DNA of 64,000 nucleotides, from NCBI GenBank assembly GCA_023136265.1, contig JAGLRN010000034.1, positions 761 to 64,760 of the forward strand, given 5' to 3'. Within the stretch, counting starts at the first letter, position 1. Every line of letters begins with the position of its first letter. The notes under the pieces are model-generated. The model made no database searches. It saw only the letters and a program-made list of their open reading frames with translations, and was not told the origin of the DNA. Positions 15,800-25,798 of this stretch are shown here, piece by piece. Source of the DNA: Thermoplasmata archaeon. GTDB taxonomy: Archaea; Thermoplasmatota; Thermoplasmata; RBG-16-68-12; JAGMCJ01. The position numbers and the translations under genes are program-made.

Positions 15800-16822
15800 A
15801 TGCAGGCGGTCCTTCTTGTCGGCGGTCTTGGAACGAGGCTCAGGCCTCTGACGTATTCCAGACCGAAGCCTCTCTTGCCTTTGCTGAACCGGCCCATGAT
15901 CTCCTACCTCTTGGACCTGCTTCCCGATTCCGTCGACGAGGTGATTGTGCCGGTGAGCTACATGTCGCGGCGGATGCGGGACTACTTCAATTCCCTCCAC
16001 GACGGCAGGAACTACGTCGTCGTTCACGAGGTCGAGCCCCTCGGGACAGGAGGGGCGTTGGGAAATGTGCGCGATCACCTGACGGATGACTTCCTCGTGT
16101 TCAACGGTGACATCGTCTGCTCGATCGACATCAAGTCCCTCATCGACTTCCACAGGGAGAAAGGAGGGGTCGGGACCATCTCGCTCTGGGAGGTCGAGAA
16201 CCCAGAGGCCTTCGGGATCGTGCAGCTGGACGATGATGACAGGATAACGTTGTTCAAGGAGAAGCCCAGAGGGGACGAGATAGTCTCGCACATGGCGAAC
16301 GCGGGCATCTATATTCTCAATGAGAGCGTCCTGGACGACATACTGTCAGAGAAGGTCGTCTCCATTGAGCGGGATGTGTTCCCGGTGCAGGTCAGGAGGG
16401 GTCTTTACGGTTTCGGCTTCGAGGGATACTGGGTCGACTGCGGGACCACGAAGAACTTCCTGACCGCCAGCGGCACGCTCATGGACTACTTCGGTACGAA
16501 CGTGTCAAAGGAGGCCAGTATTGGCAAGAGCGTCAAGGAGGAGCACCCCCTCGTCATCGGACAAGGGTCGAAGGTCTCTGGCGGGCACATCGGACCGCGA
16601 GTCTGTCTGGGCAAGGACGTGGATGTGAGGGCAGCATCGATATCAGAGAGCGTGATAATGGACTCGACGACGATTGGCAGAGGCGTAAGGGTAGTCTCGT
16701 CCATAATCGGAGAGAACTGCGTGATCCCCGACAAGTGCATCGTCGAGAGGTCCGTGATCGCCGACGACTGCGAGCTGGAGAAGGGCGACGAGATCATAGA
16801 CCAGAAGGTCGGAATGAGATGA
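15800..16822 (+). CDS. sugar-1-phosphate nucleotidyltransferase (GlmU/RmlA-like N-terminal NTP-transferase and C-terminal left-handed beta-helix)
   Basis: MQAVLLVGGLGTRLRPLTYSRPKPLLPL is the nucleotidyltransferase G-x-G-T-R motif. The C-terminal region has hexapeptide repeats (IGRGVRVVSSIIGENCVIPDKCIVERSVIADDCELEKGD). ATGA start/stop overlap with the next gene. Confidence 0.75.
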   Translation: MQAVLLVGGLGTRLRPLTYSRPKPLLPLLNRPMISYLLDLLPDSVDEVIVPVSYMSRRMRDYFNSLHDGRNYVVVHEVEPLGTGGALGNVRDHLTDDFLVFNGDIVCSIDIKSLIDFHREKGGVGTISLWEVENPEAFGIVQLDDDDRITLFKEKPRGDEIVSHMANAGIYILNESVLDDILSEKVVSIERDVFPVQVRRGLYGFGFEGYWVDCGTTKNFLTASGTLMDYFGTNVSKEASIGKSVKEEHPLVIGQGSKVSGGHIGPRVCLGKDVDVRAASISESVIMDSTTIGRGVRVVSSIIGENCVIPDKCIVERSVIADDCELEKGDEIIDQKVGMR

Positions 16823-18189
16823 CCAGGCTCTTCGGGACGAACGGGGTCAGGGGCGTCGTGAACGAGACGATGACCATCGACCTCGCGACCGACCTGAGCA
16901 GGGCCATCGGGACGTTTTTCGGCGGGGGCAAGGTCGCCATCGGCTGCGACACGAGGACGTCAGGGGACATGCTCAAGTCCGCGTCCGTGTCCGGCCTCCT
17001 CTCGGTTGGTTGCTGCGCGGTGGACCTCTCCACGGTGCCATCCCCGACGCTGCAGCTGGAGGTGAAGAACGGCGACTACTCCGGCGGGATCATAATCACC
17101 GCTTCGCATAATCCCCCCGAGTTCAACGGGATGAAGTGCGTCGACTCCGAAGGTATGGAGATGGACAAGGCGGGCGAGGAGGCCATCGAGGCCATCTACT
17201 TCTCGAAGCACTTTCACGAGGTCGGATGGGAGGCCTACAGGAATCATGAGAAGAAGGTCGACGCCGTTGACAACTACATCTCATCCATACTCAAGAACGT
17301 GGACGCGAAATCCGTCAAGCGGGCGGGACTGAAGGTCGTCCTCGACTGCGCGAACGGCGCGGCATGCTTTTCCTCTCCTCGACTGCTCGAACGCTTGGGA
17401 TGCGAGATGGTGCTGCTGAACGAGGTCCCGGACGGCACGTTCCCTGGTCACAATTCGGAGCCGATCCCAGAGAACCTCACCGAGCTGATGGAAGTCGTTA
17501 CGGGTTCGGATGCGGTCCTCGGGATCGCGCACGATGGCGACGCGGACAGGTCCATATTCGTCGACGAGAAGGGCAACTACGTCCCCGGGGACAAGAGCAT
17601 GGCTCTGGTCGCGAAGAGGATAGTGGAGGAGAGGTCTGGCGGGCTCGTCGTCACGCCTGTGAGCTCCTCGAGCTGCGTCGAAGAGGCCGTGACGGGGTCC
17701 GGCGGGGAGATCAGGTACACGGCCGTGGGCTCTCCGATAGTCGCGAGGGTGATGAAGGCGACCGACGCTGTCTTTGGCGGGGAGGAGAACGGCGGGCTGA
17801 TCTTTCCAGAGCACCAGTACTGCAGGGACGGAGGCATGGCCGCGGCGAAGGTCGTTGAGCTTCTCGCCCTGTCCGGAGAGCAGTTATCGAGCCTTCTGCA
17901 GGAGGTGCCCGTTTATCACAACGTGAAGAACAAGGTCCACTGCCCCAACGAGATCAAGTCCGGAGTTCTCGAAAGGCTCTCCCGCGAGCTCGAAGGAAAG
18001 GAGGTCGACACGACCGACGGCCTGAAGGTCCTGTACACGGACGGCTGGGTTCTCTTCAGAGCGTCAGGCACCGAACCGCTCTTCAGGGTGTTCGCGGAAT
18101 CGAAATCGCAGGGAAGGGCGAAGGAACTCGCGGACGAGGGAGTGAGAATCATCGCCGATCTGATCGAGTCTAGAAAGAAAGGCTCATGA
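16819..18189 (+). CDS. glmM: phosphohexomutase (phosphoglucosamine mutase / phosphomannomutase family)
   Basis: MTRLFGTNGVRGVVNE at the N-terminus. Active-site serine loop TASHNPPEFNGMK. Sugar-binding loop GEENGG is also present. Confidence 0.8.
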   Translation: MTRLFGTNGVRGVVNETMTIDLATDLSRAIGTFFGGGKVAIGCDTRTSGDMLKSASVSGLLSVGCCAVDLSTVPSPTLQLEVKNGDYSGGIIITASHNPPEFNGMKCVDSEGMEMDKAGEEAIEAIYFSKHFHEVGWEAYRNHEKKVDAVDNYISSILKNVDAKSVKRAGLKVVLDCANGAACFSSPRLLERLGCEMVLLNEVPDGTFPGHNSEPIPENLTELMEVVTGSDAVLGIAHDGDADRSIFVDEKGNYVPGDKSMALVAKRIVEERSGGLVVTPVSSSSCVEEAVTGSGGEIRYTAVGSPIVARVMKATDAVFGGEENGGLIFPEHQYCRDGGMAAAKVVELLALSGEQLSSLLQEVPVYHNVKNKVHCPNEIKSGVLERLSRELEGKEVDTTDGLKVLYTDGWVLFRASGTEPLFRVFAESKSQGRAKELADEGVRIIADLIESRKKGS

Positions 18190-18976
18190 GCCAGTCGAAG
18201 AAGTTGGAGTGCAGCACGAACCAAGCCAGAACGGCTCCGACGGACACCGTTAGGAGATTGTTGGTCTTCTTCGTGAGCCAGCCTCTCATCTCCAGCGTCG
18301 CCCCGAACACGCTGTCGATCTGACATCCGACAAAACCGATGACAAGCGGGATGATTATCACGAGCGGGTTCATGGGCATCGTGGGCGTGAGGAAGGCAAG
18401 GAAAGCCCAGCCTATTACTGCTGTGTACGCTGACGCCGCCAGCGCGGAGAGATTCCCGAGCCATGATACGCCTCCGTTCGTCCCCGGCGGGACCCTCTTC
18501 AGCGATGTGATGAGATACGTCCTGTCGCTCAGGACGCCGATCTCGCTCGCGAGGGTGTCCGCGGCGGCTACCGCTATGGCCGACACGAAGATGAGGCCAG
18601 TGTGCTCCAGAGGAAAGGGCTCGACCTCCATGCTCTGGGCTATGAACGGCAGAAAGGCGATCGCCGCCGGGATGAGCCCGTTGGCAACGACATTCGCCCC
18701 TCCCCGTTCGCCTCTCACGCCCTCCTGGACGCCCTTCTTCTCCTTCAGCGCGAACTTGTAGCGCGTTGCCGCGAAGCTGGTCAGCAGGAATATCAGAAGG
18801 AGAATGAGCCACGCGGGGTCCCCGAAGACGCCTATGACAAAGCCCACTCCGAAGGCCGTTGCGGCGCCCTCCTTGTTGAGCACGTCCTTGTGGTAGGCAA
18901 GGAAGCTCAGCACCCCGCAGACGATAGTGACCGTAGGAACGACGACTTCGATTGGCCAGTCCAACACGAGTGGCAA
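18170..18976 (-). CDS. DUF92/TMEM19-family integral membrane protein
   Basis: 268 aa polytopic membrane protein with an apparent TTG start. Gly-rich conserved segments (GERGGANVVANG, GTNGGVSWLGNL) are typical of DUF92. Confidence 0.55.
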   Translation of the reverse strand: MPLVLDWPIEVVVPTVTIVCGVLSFLAYHKDVLNKEGAATAFGVGFVIGVFGDPAWLILLLIFLLTSFAATRYKFALKEKKGVQEGVRGERGGANVVANGLIPAAIAFLPFIAQSMEVEPFPLEHTGLIFVSAIAVAAADTLASEIGVLSDRTYLITSLKRVPPGTNGGVSWLGNLSALAASAYTAVIGWAFLAFLTPTMPMNPLVIIIPLVIGFVGCQIDSVFGATLEMRGWLTKKTNNLLTVSVGAVLAWFVLHSNFFDWLMSLSF

Positions 18977-19150
18977 TGAATTTCCGGTGATATAAAAAGA
19001 ATGCGGTCGCCCGGAGCGTGCCTGTTAGGGAGACAGAGCAAAGACCCCATCTCCCATTCACGTGCCCATGGGAGTCAAGCACGTGGAGATCGGGGGAAGC
19101 GCGGTGACGGTCCTGAACGCCGATTTGGAGATTCCCGCGTGGGGACTGTC

Positions 19151-20161
19151 TCAGAACCACTGGTCGAGGCTCTTTTGCCTCATCAACGACCTGCCCTCTC
19201 CCATCTTGCGGAGGGCCTTTCTCACCCGCTCCTCGGAGAAGTCGAACCCGTCCCTGAGATACGCGACCGTCCCGTCCTCGTCCGGCTCCGACCGCTCCAG
19301 GGAGTAGTCCACAGAGACGAGCGGCTCGAGGAAGATATCCCTTACGCGTTGCACGTTCTCAACATCGAACCCCTCCTTCTCGCACACGGTCTCGATGTCC
19401 CCGTGCTTCTTGATCATCTGAAGGGCCCTCTTCGGGCCGATGCCTCGGACGCCCTCGTTGAAATCCGTCCCCACGAGCATCGCCATGTCCACGAGCTGCT
19501 CCCTCGTGACCTCGAGCGCCTCCAAAGCGGAGTCGAGCAGGACAAGCTCGGGTATGGCGGGACCGCCCCCCCGACCCCTTCTACGCCCAGATATGGTGAG
19601 ATTGCGAACCAGTCTGTCTGCGCCGAAGAGGAGCGAGTCAAAGTCCTGGGAGGCCGCCGCCCAGACATCCCTCTTCCTCGTCATGTTGCTCGCCTGGGCC
19701 TCACCCTCACCGGGTGCCTGGATGCACGGGATTCCGAGGAGGCTCAGGAGCTCCTTGGACTGATCCACCATCTCCTTGTTCAATCGGGAGGATTGAGAGG
19801 CCTTTATCCTGGCCTTTTCCAGGTCCCCCGCCGCAAGGGCCTTCTTCCACTCCTTCTCAGCCTCTCTCCTGACGGCACTTCTTGCGGCAATCGTCTCCGA
19901 CTTCAGCTTGGGTGGTTCACCGTCGAAAACGTACACCGGCTTGATGCCCATCTGCAGCAGATTGGCGTTCCTGTACATGAGCCCTGAAAGATGGGACGTC
20001 GTTCTTCCCTTGGAGTCCCTCAAAGGAGTGCCGTCCGGTTGGCGGATTATCGCGAGGAACTGGTATATGGCATTGAAGGCGTCGATGGCGATAGTCCTGC
20101 CCTTGAGCTCCTCCAGTTTGATCTGCTTCGCCGGGACGATGTCCGCTATGTCGACTCCCAT
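19151..20161 (-). CDS. fen: flap endonuclease 1
   Basis: MGVDIADIV...IAIDAFNAIYQFL...KPVYVFDGEPPKLK: XPG N and I domains plus a C-terminal PIP-like region (QKSLDQWF). Confidence 0.9.
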   Translation of the reverse strand: MGVDIADIVPAKQIKLEELKGRTIAIDAFNAIYQFLAIIRQPDGTPLRDSKGRTTSHLSGLMYRNANLLQMGIKPVYVFDGEPPKLKSETIAARSAVRREAEKEWKKALAAGDLEKARIKASQSSRLNKEMVDQSKELLSLLGIPCIQAPGEGEAQASNMTRKRDVWAAASQDFDSLLFGADRLVRNLTISGRRRGRGGGPAIPELVLLDSALEALEVTREQLVDMAMLVGTDFNEGVRGIGPKRALQMIKKHGDIETVCEKEGFDVENVQRVRDIFLEPLVSVDYSLERSEPDEDGTVAYLRDGFDFSEERVRKALRKMGEGRSLMRQKSLDQWF

Positions 20162-20199
20162 CGCTTCCGAATAGGTCGACCGCCTAAAAACACCTAGGG

Positions 20200-20424
20200 T
20201 TAATCCCTCAGCAGAGTCTCTATCCGGCCCAGCTGCTTAGTGTTCTTCGTGGCCAGGTCTCTGTGGATCTTGTGTATCTTGAGCATCTCCTTGGAAAGAC
20301 TGTTCTGGGCCTTCAGGTTGTCCTTGAGGAACCCGATCTCCCTCTCCATCGCTCTCTGATTCTCGACGAGTTGGAGAATCATCTCGCTTAATTCCTTCAG
20401 TTCCAAATCCTTCTTCGAGTGCAT
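20200..20424 (-). CDS. small coiled-coil hypothetical protein
   Basis: 74 aa, charged, helical. Has its own upstream TATA-like element (TTTTTATC ~35 nt upstream). Confidence 0.4.
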   Translation of the reverse strand: MHSKKDLELKELSEMILQLVENQRAMEREIGFLKDNLKAQNSLSKEMLKIHKIHRDLATKNTKQLGRIETLLRD

Positions 20425-20472
20425 CTCATCACCCGCCAGGAAATGGTCTTCGCAGATAAAAACCTTGTCGGT

Positions 20473-20931
20473 TCAGGTTATGGCGTCCACGATGTTCTCG
20501 AGCTCCCTCTCGCAGTAGACGCATCTCAGCCGGACCGGGTTCTTGGAGACGACGGTGAACTCCGTCTCCACGGGCTCCTTGAGATTCGTGATGCAGTTCG
20601 GGTTCCCGCATTTCAGGATACCCTTCGCGACCTCGGGGAGCTCCACCTTGTACTTCTGCTTCACGTTGAAGTTCTGGATGATGTTGATCGTCGCACTAGG
20701 TGCAACAAGGGCAATCTTGTCGACCTCCTTTTCCAGGAGCTCTCTGTCCTCCACCTTGACGATGTCCTTGAGCGTGCTCTTCTTGCTCGTCACGCGCATC
20801 GCCACACTGACGGTCGAGTCGGAGCTCTCATCCGTTATCCCGAGTATCTTGAGGACCTTGAGCGCCATTCCGGCGGGAATGTGGTCGATCACGGTGCCGT
20901 TCTTGATGGGCGTGACCCTCAGCTCCCTCAT
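20473..20931 (-). CDS. pyrI: aspartate carbamoyltransferase regulatory subunit
   Basis: [27 protein letters not shown] and a C-terminal Zn site (CGNPNCITN...CVYCE). Confidence 0.9.
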   Translation of the reverse strand: MRELRVTPIKNGTVIDHIPAGMALKVLKILGITDESSDSTVSVAMRVTSKKSTLKDIVKVEDRELLEKEVDKIALVAPSATINIIQNFNVKQKYKVELPEVAKGILKCGNPNCITNLKEPVETEFTVVSKNPVRLRCVYCERELENIVDAIT

Positions 20932-21863
20932 TCGACCGCCCCCAGTATGAGCGCGAGAAGCGCCATCCTCACAGGAACGCCGTTGAACGCCTGCTCGAAG
21001 TACTTGGCGTGGTGCGTGCCGTCGACCGAGGGGTGTATCTCATTGACCCTCGGCAGAGGATGCATCACGATCATATCCTTCTTCGCCTCCTCGAGCAGTC
21101 CAAGGTCCACCTCGTACAGACCGGCCACTCTCTGGTATTCCTGCGGGTCAGGGAACCTCTCCTTCTGGATCCGCGTAACGTAGAGGACGTCGACCTTTCC
21201 GATCACGTCCTTCAGATCGCTCGTCAGCTTGGGCCGGACCCTGCCCACCTTCGCATCATCCACCACTTCCTTGGGCATCTGTAGGGTCGGCGGTGCGACG
21301 AAGTACAGCTTCGCCCCGAAGAGGGAGAGCGCGTAGGAGAGCGAGTGCGCCGTCCTTCCGTACTTGAGGTCGCCGACCAGAGCGACCTTCTGCCCCTCTA
21401 TCTTGCCCTTCTCAGTCCATATCGTGAACAGGTCAAGCATCGTCTGCGTCGGGTGCTGGCCGGCACCGTCCCCGCCGTTTATGATGGGCTTCGCGGAGAA
21501 TTTCGCAGCGAGCCTGGCGGCTCCCATGTGGTGGTGTCTCAGGACAGTCACATCCGCGTAGGACTCGGCCATCTTTATCGTGTCCGCTAGGGTCTCGCCC
21601 TTCTTCAGAGAGCTAACCTCCGGGTCTGCCATGCCGATGGCCCTGCCACCCAGCCTGCTCATGGCGCTCTCAAAAGAGAGGCGGGTCCGAGTGCTTGGTT
21701 CGAAGAAGATTGTGGCGAGGACCTTGCCCCTCAGGGACTCGTTCCTCTTCTTGCCCTTTGCCGCGGGGACCATCTTCTTCGCGACCTTCAGTATGTGCAT
21801 GGTTTCCTGCTTGGAAAAGTCCTTGATGGATAGTATGTCCCTGCCCTTGAACTGCATGCTCAT
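20928..21863 (-). CDS. pyrB: aspartate carbamoyltransferase catalytic subunit
   Basis: STRTRLSFE carbamoyl-phosphate binding motif, HPLP and TLDLF-like motifs. 4-nt overlap with pyrI. Confidence 0.9.
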   Translation of the reverse strand: MSMQFKGRDILSIKDFSKQETMHILKVAKKMVPAAKGKKRNESLRGKVLATIFFEPSTRTRLSFESAMSRLGGRAIGMADPEVSSLKKGETLADTIKMAESYADVTVLRHHHMGAARLAAKFSAKPIINGGDGAGQHPTQTMLDLFTIWTEKGKIEGQKVALVGDLKYGRTAHSLSYALSLFGAKLYFVAPPTLQMPKEVVDDAKVGRVRPKLTSDLKDVIGKVDVLYVTRIQKERFPDPQEYQRVAGLYEVDLGLLEEAKKDMIVMHPLPRVNEIHPSVDGTHHAKYFEQAFNGVPVRMALLALILGAVE

Positions 21864-21911
21864 CCTTGTTCAGAATGAATCGATGAATAATAAAGCTACC
21901 GAGGGTTGAGA

Positions 21912-22103
21912 TCACTTCTTCCCGAGAAAAGCGTAGGTCATCCACTCCTTCTTGTCCTTCATGCTCAACCACGCTCTTGTCAGATCGGGGACCTGCTTCG
22001 CTCTCTCCACGGCCAGGGATGCTATCGTCCTGGCCGCTATCGCGTCCACGTCCACTCCTAGGACGCTCTTGAGCAGGTATTTAACCCTTTCCCTCTTGTC
22101 CAT
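21912..22103 (-). CDS. hypothetical small protein
   Basis: 63 aa ORF preceded by an A/T-rich TATA-like element (TTTTTTTAAATA ~20-35 nt upstream). No recognisable domain. Confidence 0.3.
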   Translation of the reverse strand: MDKRERVKYLLKSVLGVDVDAIAARTIASLAVERAKQVPDLTRAWLSMKDKKEWMTYAFLGKK

Positions 22104-22255
22104 TCCAATAATAATATGCCCCGTTCAGGTATTTAAAAAAAGGGGGAAGGCCCAGGTCCTTTCGGGCCCGGTCCTTGTGGAGGAGGGGGTGAGCGCAAAT
22201 AAAGGGGTAGGCAATTCCGGTTTCCCAGAACTGCCCGTGGGTTGTGGAGGAGGGG

Positions 22256-22603
22256 TTATCTTGATAGGACGTCGACGGCTTTCCAGTCGCCTCCGAAGTC
22301 CTTGGTGACGCCTGAGGCCAGCTGGAACCTGACTCGAAGCCTACCATTCTCGAAGAATATGTAGGCGTTCTTGAGTTGGGAAAGATAGAGGCTGATCCGC
22401 TTTCCTCTCTGCGTGAGGGCCCTTTCTACACACGTTATCAGTCCGGCTCTCTCCAGCATGTGGATTCTTCGGTATGTCGCAGCGATCGGTATCCCGTACT
22501 CCCTGCTGAGTTCAATCGCGCTCTTGGGTTTCTTGAACGTAGCAACAAGGATCCTTGCTGCGTATTCGTCGGTAATCAGTCGTGATGCTTCCAAAGGATC
22601 CAT
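22256..22603 (-). CDS. small winged-HTH (ArsR/TrmB-like) regulator, paralog 1 of a four-member family in this window
   Basis: 115 aa. HTH core ELSREYGIPIAATYRRIHMLERAGLITCVE. Conserved C-terminal beta segment LKNAYIFFENGRLRVRFQL. ~70% identical to the 30662..31006 product. Confidence 0.6.
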   Translation of the reverse strand: MDPLEASRLITDEYAARILVATFKKPKSAIELSREYGIPIAATYRRIHMLERAGLITCVERALTQRGKRISLYLSQLKNAYIFFENGRLRVRFQLASGVTKDFGGDWKAVDVLSR

Positions 22604-22696
22604 CTTCTTTCCTCCTGACCTCTATATTCCAATCCTTCGCGACCATATATATAACGCAACGGGACGAGTATCATGGCTGATTCTCAAATGTAATAA

Positions 22697-23266
22697 TCAA
22701 TCGCCTATGACATCCGCGTTCCTCTCCAGAAGGGCCAGTTCCTTCGGTTCAAAAGCCCGCGGGTCTATCGAGACGAGGAACAGAGCCTTCTTCTGCATCA
22801 CGATCTCGTTCACGTACTCTATGAACTTCAAGACCCTCGGGAAGTCGTTGTTAATCATCAGGTACTCGAGCCCATCGAGGAGAATGGCTGCCTTGCTCCC
22901 CTTGTCCATGAAGCTGCCTATGAGGTTCGTGAGGCTCCCGAGGTTGTGGGGATCGACATAGTCCCTGCCGAGCGTGGTGGAGAGCCAGATCACCTTCATC
23001 CCGTCCCGCCCGCGCTTCCTAGGTATGTGATCTGGATGCCTCCTTGTGATGTAAAGGCCCGCGTAGCCATCATCCATCAGCTCGGTGAGGTACTCGAGGG
23101 CCCTCTCGTGCCTCTTCTCACGGAGGAAGTAGGAGTGCCCCTCTTTGAGAACATCCTTCCCTCTGCCCAGAAACAGGTCTCGGAAGAGCTCGTCCGTCGT
23201 GTTGTCTATGCTCAACATTAGTAGGGGCAGCATTCCCAACCAATCCTCGTTTGGATTACCTCTCAC
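22697..23266 (-). CDS. DUF835-like protein (degenerate RecA/KaiC-fold, no P-loop)
   Basis: 189 aa. ...DGYAGLYITRRHPDHI occupies the place of a Walker A; ...AAILLDGLEYL...ALFLVSIDP layout. Upstream of wHTH paralog 1 on the same strand. Confidence 0.5.
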   Translation of the reverse strand: MRGNPNEDWLGMLPLLMLSIDNTTDELFRDLFLGRGKDVLKEGHSYFLREKRHERALEYLTELMDDGYAGLYITRRHPDHIPRKRGRDGMKVIWLSTTLGRDYVDPHNLGSLTNLIGSFMDKGSKAAILLDGLEYLMINNDFPRVLKFIEYVNEIVMQKKALFLVSIDPRAFEPKELALLERNADVIGD

Positions 23267-23377
23267 AGGTTCTTATACATTCTGCAATCAATATCAGGAA
23301 TGATACTCTGGTCACATCCTGGACCTGGGCCGTGAGCATGCGAAAACGCTAAATCAAAGCCGACTGATACATCCTCA

Positions 23378-24715
23378 ATGATGCTCACCGCCTTGGAGAA
23401 GCCGACGGGCACCTTGAGGATCCTCGCGTACGTCTATCAGAACGATCGCGGAACGATCTCGGATTTCTACAGGAAGATCGGGATAAACCAGGAATCCGCC
23501 TATTCCTCTCTCAGGAATCTCCTGCAGCTCGGCCTAATCTACGAGAAGGAGGAGGGCAAGTTCCCCTTCAGGAAGTTTTACTTGCTCACAACCACGGGGG
23601 ACCAGATCGCGAAGAAGCTGTCGTCCATAGAGGAAACGCTGAACGACACCGTATATGGCTACTATCGCAAGCTCGAGGAGCTGGAGACAGCGCCCGAGGC
23701 CCCGGAGAACCTCGCTGCCCGGCTCGAGATGATGCTCAAGATACAGGATGTCTGCTTCGCGACCGGTGAGTGGGATTCCTGCATGGAGTACTGCGGGAGG
23801 TCACTGGACCTAGCTCGGAGATTGGACGACAAGCCCGCCCAGCTCAAGGTCTTCAGGGACACCGGATGGATTCACGAGAGGAGAAGTGACTGGGACGAGG
23901 CCAGGAAGAACTTCGAGAGCGCTCTTGAAATGGCGAAGGAGACGGGCGATATGTCCGCCAAGGCTAGCATATTCTATGACCTGGGAGCCATCCACGAGAG
24001 GAATGGGGAGTACCGCCGAGCATTGGAGTTCTTCGACAAGTCGAGGCAAGCCTCCCATGACGCCAAGAATGACTGGAATCTGGCAAGAGCTCTGTACGCC
24101 TTCGGGCGGGTGGAGGCCCAGAGGGGTAACTACAAGAAGTCCATCGGGTACATGGAGAAGTCCATCGGGATGCTCGAGGAGATCGGGGACCTGAGCGAGC
24201 TTGCCAAGGTCTGCACCGGAATGGGGGCCACATGGTTCTATCTGGACGACATGGACAAGACCATCGAGTGTCACGAGAAGTGCATACGGACTGCCGAGAA
24301 GCTGGGGGATGCGACGGGAATCGGATACGGTCTGTCCAACGCGGCCGAAGCCTACGCGCTGAAAGGCGACACGAAGACGGCGCTCATATACCTCGAGAGG
24401 GCGCTCCGTATCTTCGAGAAGCTCAACGAGAGGATGATGATATCCTCCGTGTACTCCCACTACGGTCAGACCCACCGACTCAGAAAGGAATGGAAGAAGT
24501 CGGAGGAGTACTTCGGCAAGAGCATTGCCATCCTGGAAGAGCTCAACCTGCCGTACAACATGGCCGATGCCCACCACAAGTTCGGTGTCATGTACAAGGA
24601 GAAGGGTGAGCGGGACAACGCCCTTGATCACCTCTCCACGGCGTACGAGATATTCGAGAAGATTGGAAGCAAGAGCATGATGGAGAAGGTCGCCGATCTG
24701 CGAAAGGACCTCTAG
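23378..24715 (+). CDS. winged-HTH + TPR-repeat protein (putative regulator/scaffold)
   Basis: 445 aa. N-terminal ~90 aa is wHTH-like (ISDFYRKIGINQESAYSSLRNLLQLGLI). Then at least 6 TPR-like repeats (e.g. ASIFYDLGAIHERNGEYRRALEFFDKS, ARALYAFGRVEAQRGNYKKSIGYMEKS). Confidence 0.6.
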   Translation: MMLTALEKPTGTLRILAYVYQNDRGTISDFYRKIGINQESAYSSLRNLLQLGLIYEKEEGKFPFRKFYLLTTTGDQIAKKLSSIEETLNDTVYGYYRKLEELETAPEAPENLAARLEMMLKIQDVCFATGEWDSCMEYCGRSLDLARRLDDKPAQLKVFRDTGWIHERRSDWDEARKNFESALEMAKETGDMSAKASIFYDLGAIHERNGEYRRALEFFDKSRQASHDAKNDWNLARALYAFGRVEAQRGNYKKSIGYMEKSIGMLEEIGDLSELAKVCTGMGATWFYLDDMDKTIECHEKCIRTAEKLGDATGIGYGLSNAAEAYALKGDTKTALIYLERALRIFEKLNERMMISSVYSHYGQTHRLRKEWKKSEEYFGKSIAILEELNLPYNMADAHHKFGVMYKEKGERDNALDHLSTAYEIFEKIGSKSMMEKVADLRKDL

Positions 24716-25195
24716 CTAGACCAGCTCCGCCTGGAGCCAGGCCTGGGGCCAATCCTGGAAGTCCAGCGGCACTATGGTCTGCCCGTACTGAGGCCAATCT
24801 TGATCGCTCAGCTCGATGATGAGATCGTCCCAGTCCTGAGGCCAGTCCTGATGGAGGACGAGAACATAGTCGTCATCTCCCTGCCACGCGTCATGGACCA
24901 AGGGCATCAGAACCTCCAATTCTTGCGATGCCTTTCGCAGCAGGCCTTTAGCGGCCCTGGTTCCGTCTGGCAACTCAAAGACGGGGATGTGTATGACATT
25001 CGGATCCGACGTCGATAAACCGATAGTGACGTAGTCCTCGTGAACTTCCTGGACCACTATCCCGGCGTTTCCGTTCTCGAAGTGGCCAACGGGGGCAGCC
25101 GTCCAGATCCCGCCGGAAGCCGTGGGCTGAAACGCTAGAACAAGCGATAGGATAACGAAAGCAGTTGCTAGCTCCCTCTTCCTTGCCCACATCAT
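24716..25195 (-). CDS. small secreted protein with four QDWPQ-type repeats
   Basis: 159 aa. Signal peptide MMWARKRELATAFVILSLVLAFQPTASG. C-terminal repeats ...HQDWPQDWDD...DQDWPQYGQ...FQDWPQAWLQ. Confidence 0.45.
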   Translation of the reverse strand: MMWARKRELATAFVILSLVLAFQPTASGGIWTAAPVGHFENGNAGIVVQEVHEDYVTIGLSTSDPNVIHIPVFELPDGTRAAKGLLRKASQELEVLMPLVHDAWQGDDDYVLVLHQDWPQDWDDLIIELSDQDWPQYGQTIVPLDFQDWPQAWLQAELV

Positions 25196-25798
25196 CTCTT
25201 TCTATGTTTGAGGCGGTATTTATAAATATCGAGGCATGGACATGAGTTCCCCTGCTCTGACGCACCATCCTGCTTGTCAGAGTGGCCCAACTTCGGTCGC
25301 GCGAGAGGATCACAAGGGGGACTGGACACATGTCGTATCCTACCGTTTTCCTTCCCTGCTAATATTCCGTATACTGAAAAACGATAACCTTTTATAATGG
25401 GCGCCAGATTCATGGATGTTGCGGCTTCACGGGAGGTTTAGGTCTTCAGGAAGAAGTCGCAAGATATGAGAGGGGTCCAGTTGATACCTCGCACGATGAG
25501 AACACGGCCAATAAGCTTGCAATCCTCGGGAGAGTCGGTGACGACTCCTTCGATCGCTCCCGCGAAAACACCCGCTTTTTTGGACGCAGAGGGTCGAAGA
25601 CCCTACCAATTTGGTGGGAGTGGATCGGATTTGGGCGCCTTTACCCTCCAATCTGTGTGTTTGATCCCCGCCCTGACTGGTGATTGCATCCCCAGGATGG
25701 CCGACTAGATCTCACCCAAACTGGACCCCTCAGTTCTTTGTTTCCTTCGGGACGTGTCTAGCAAACGTTTATTTCTCGCGAGAGTTTAACCTCGCACG

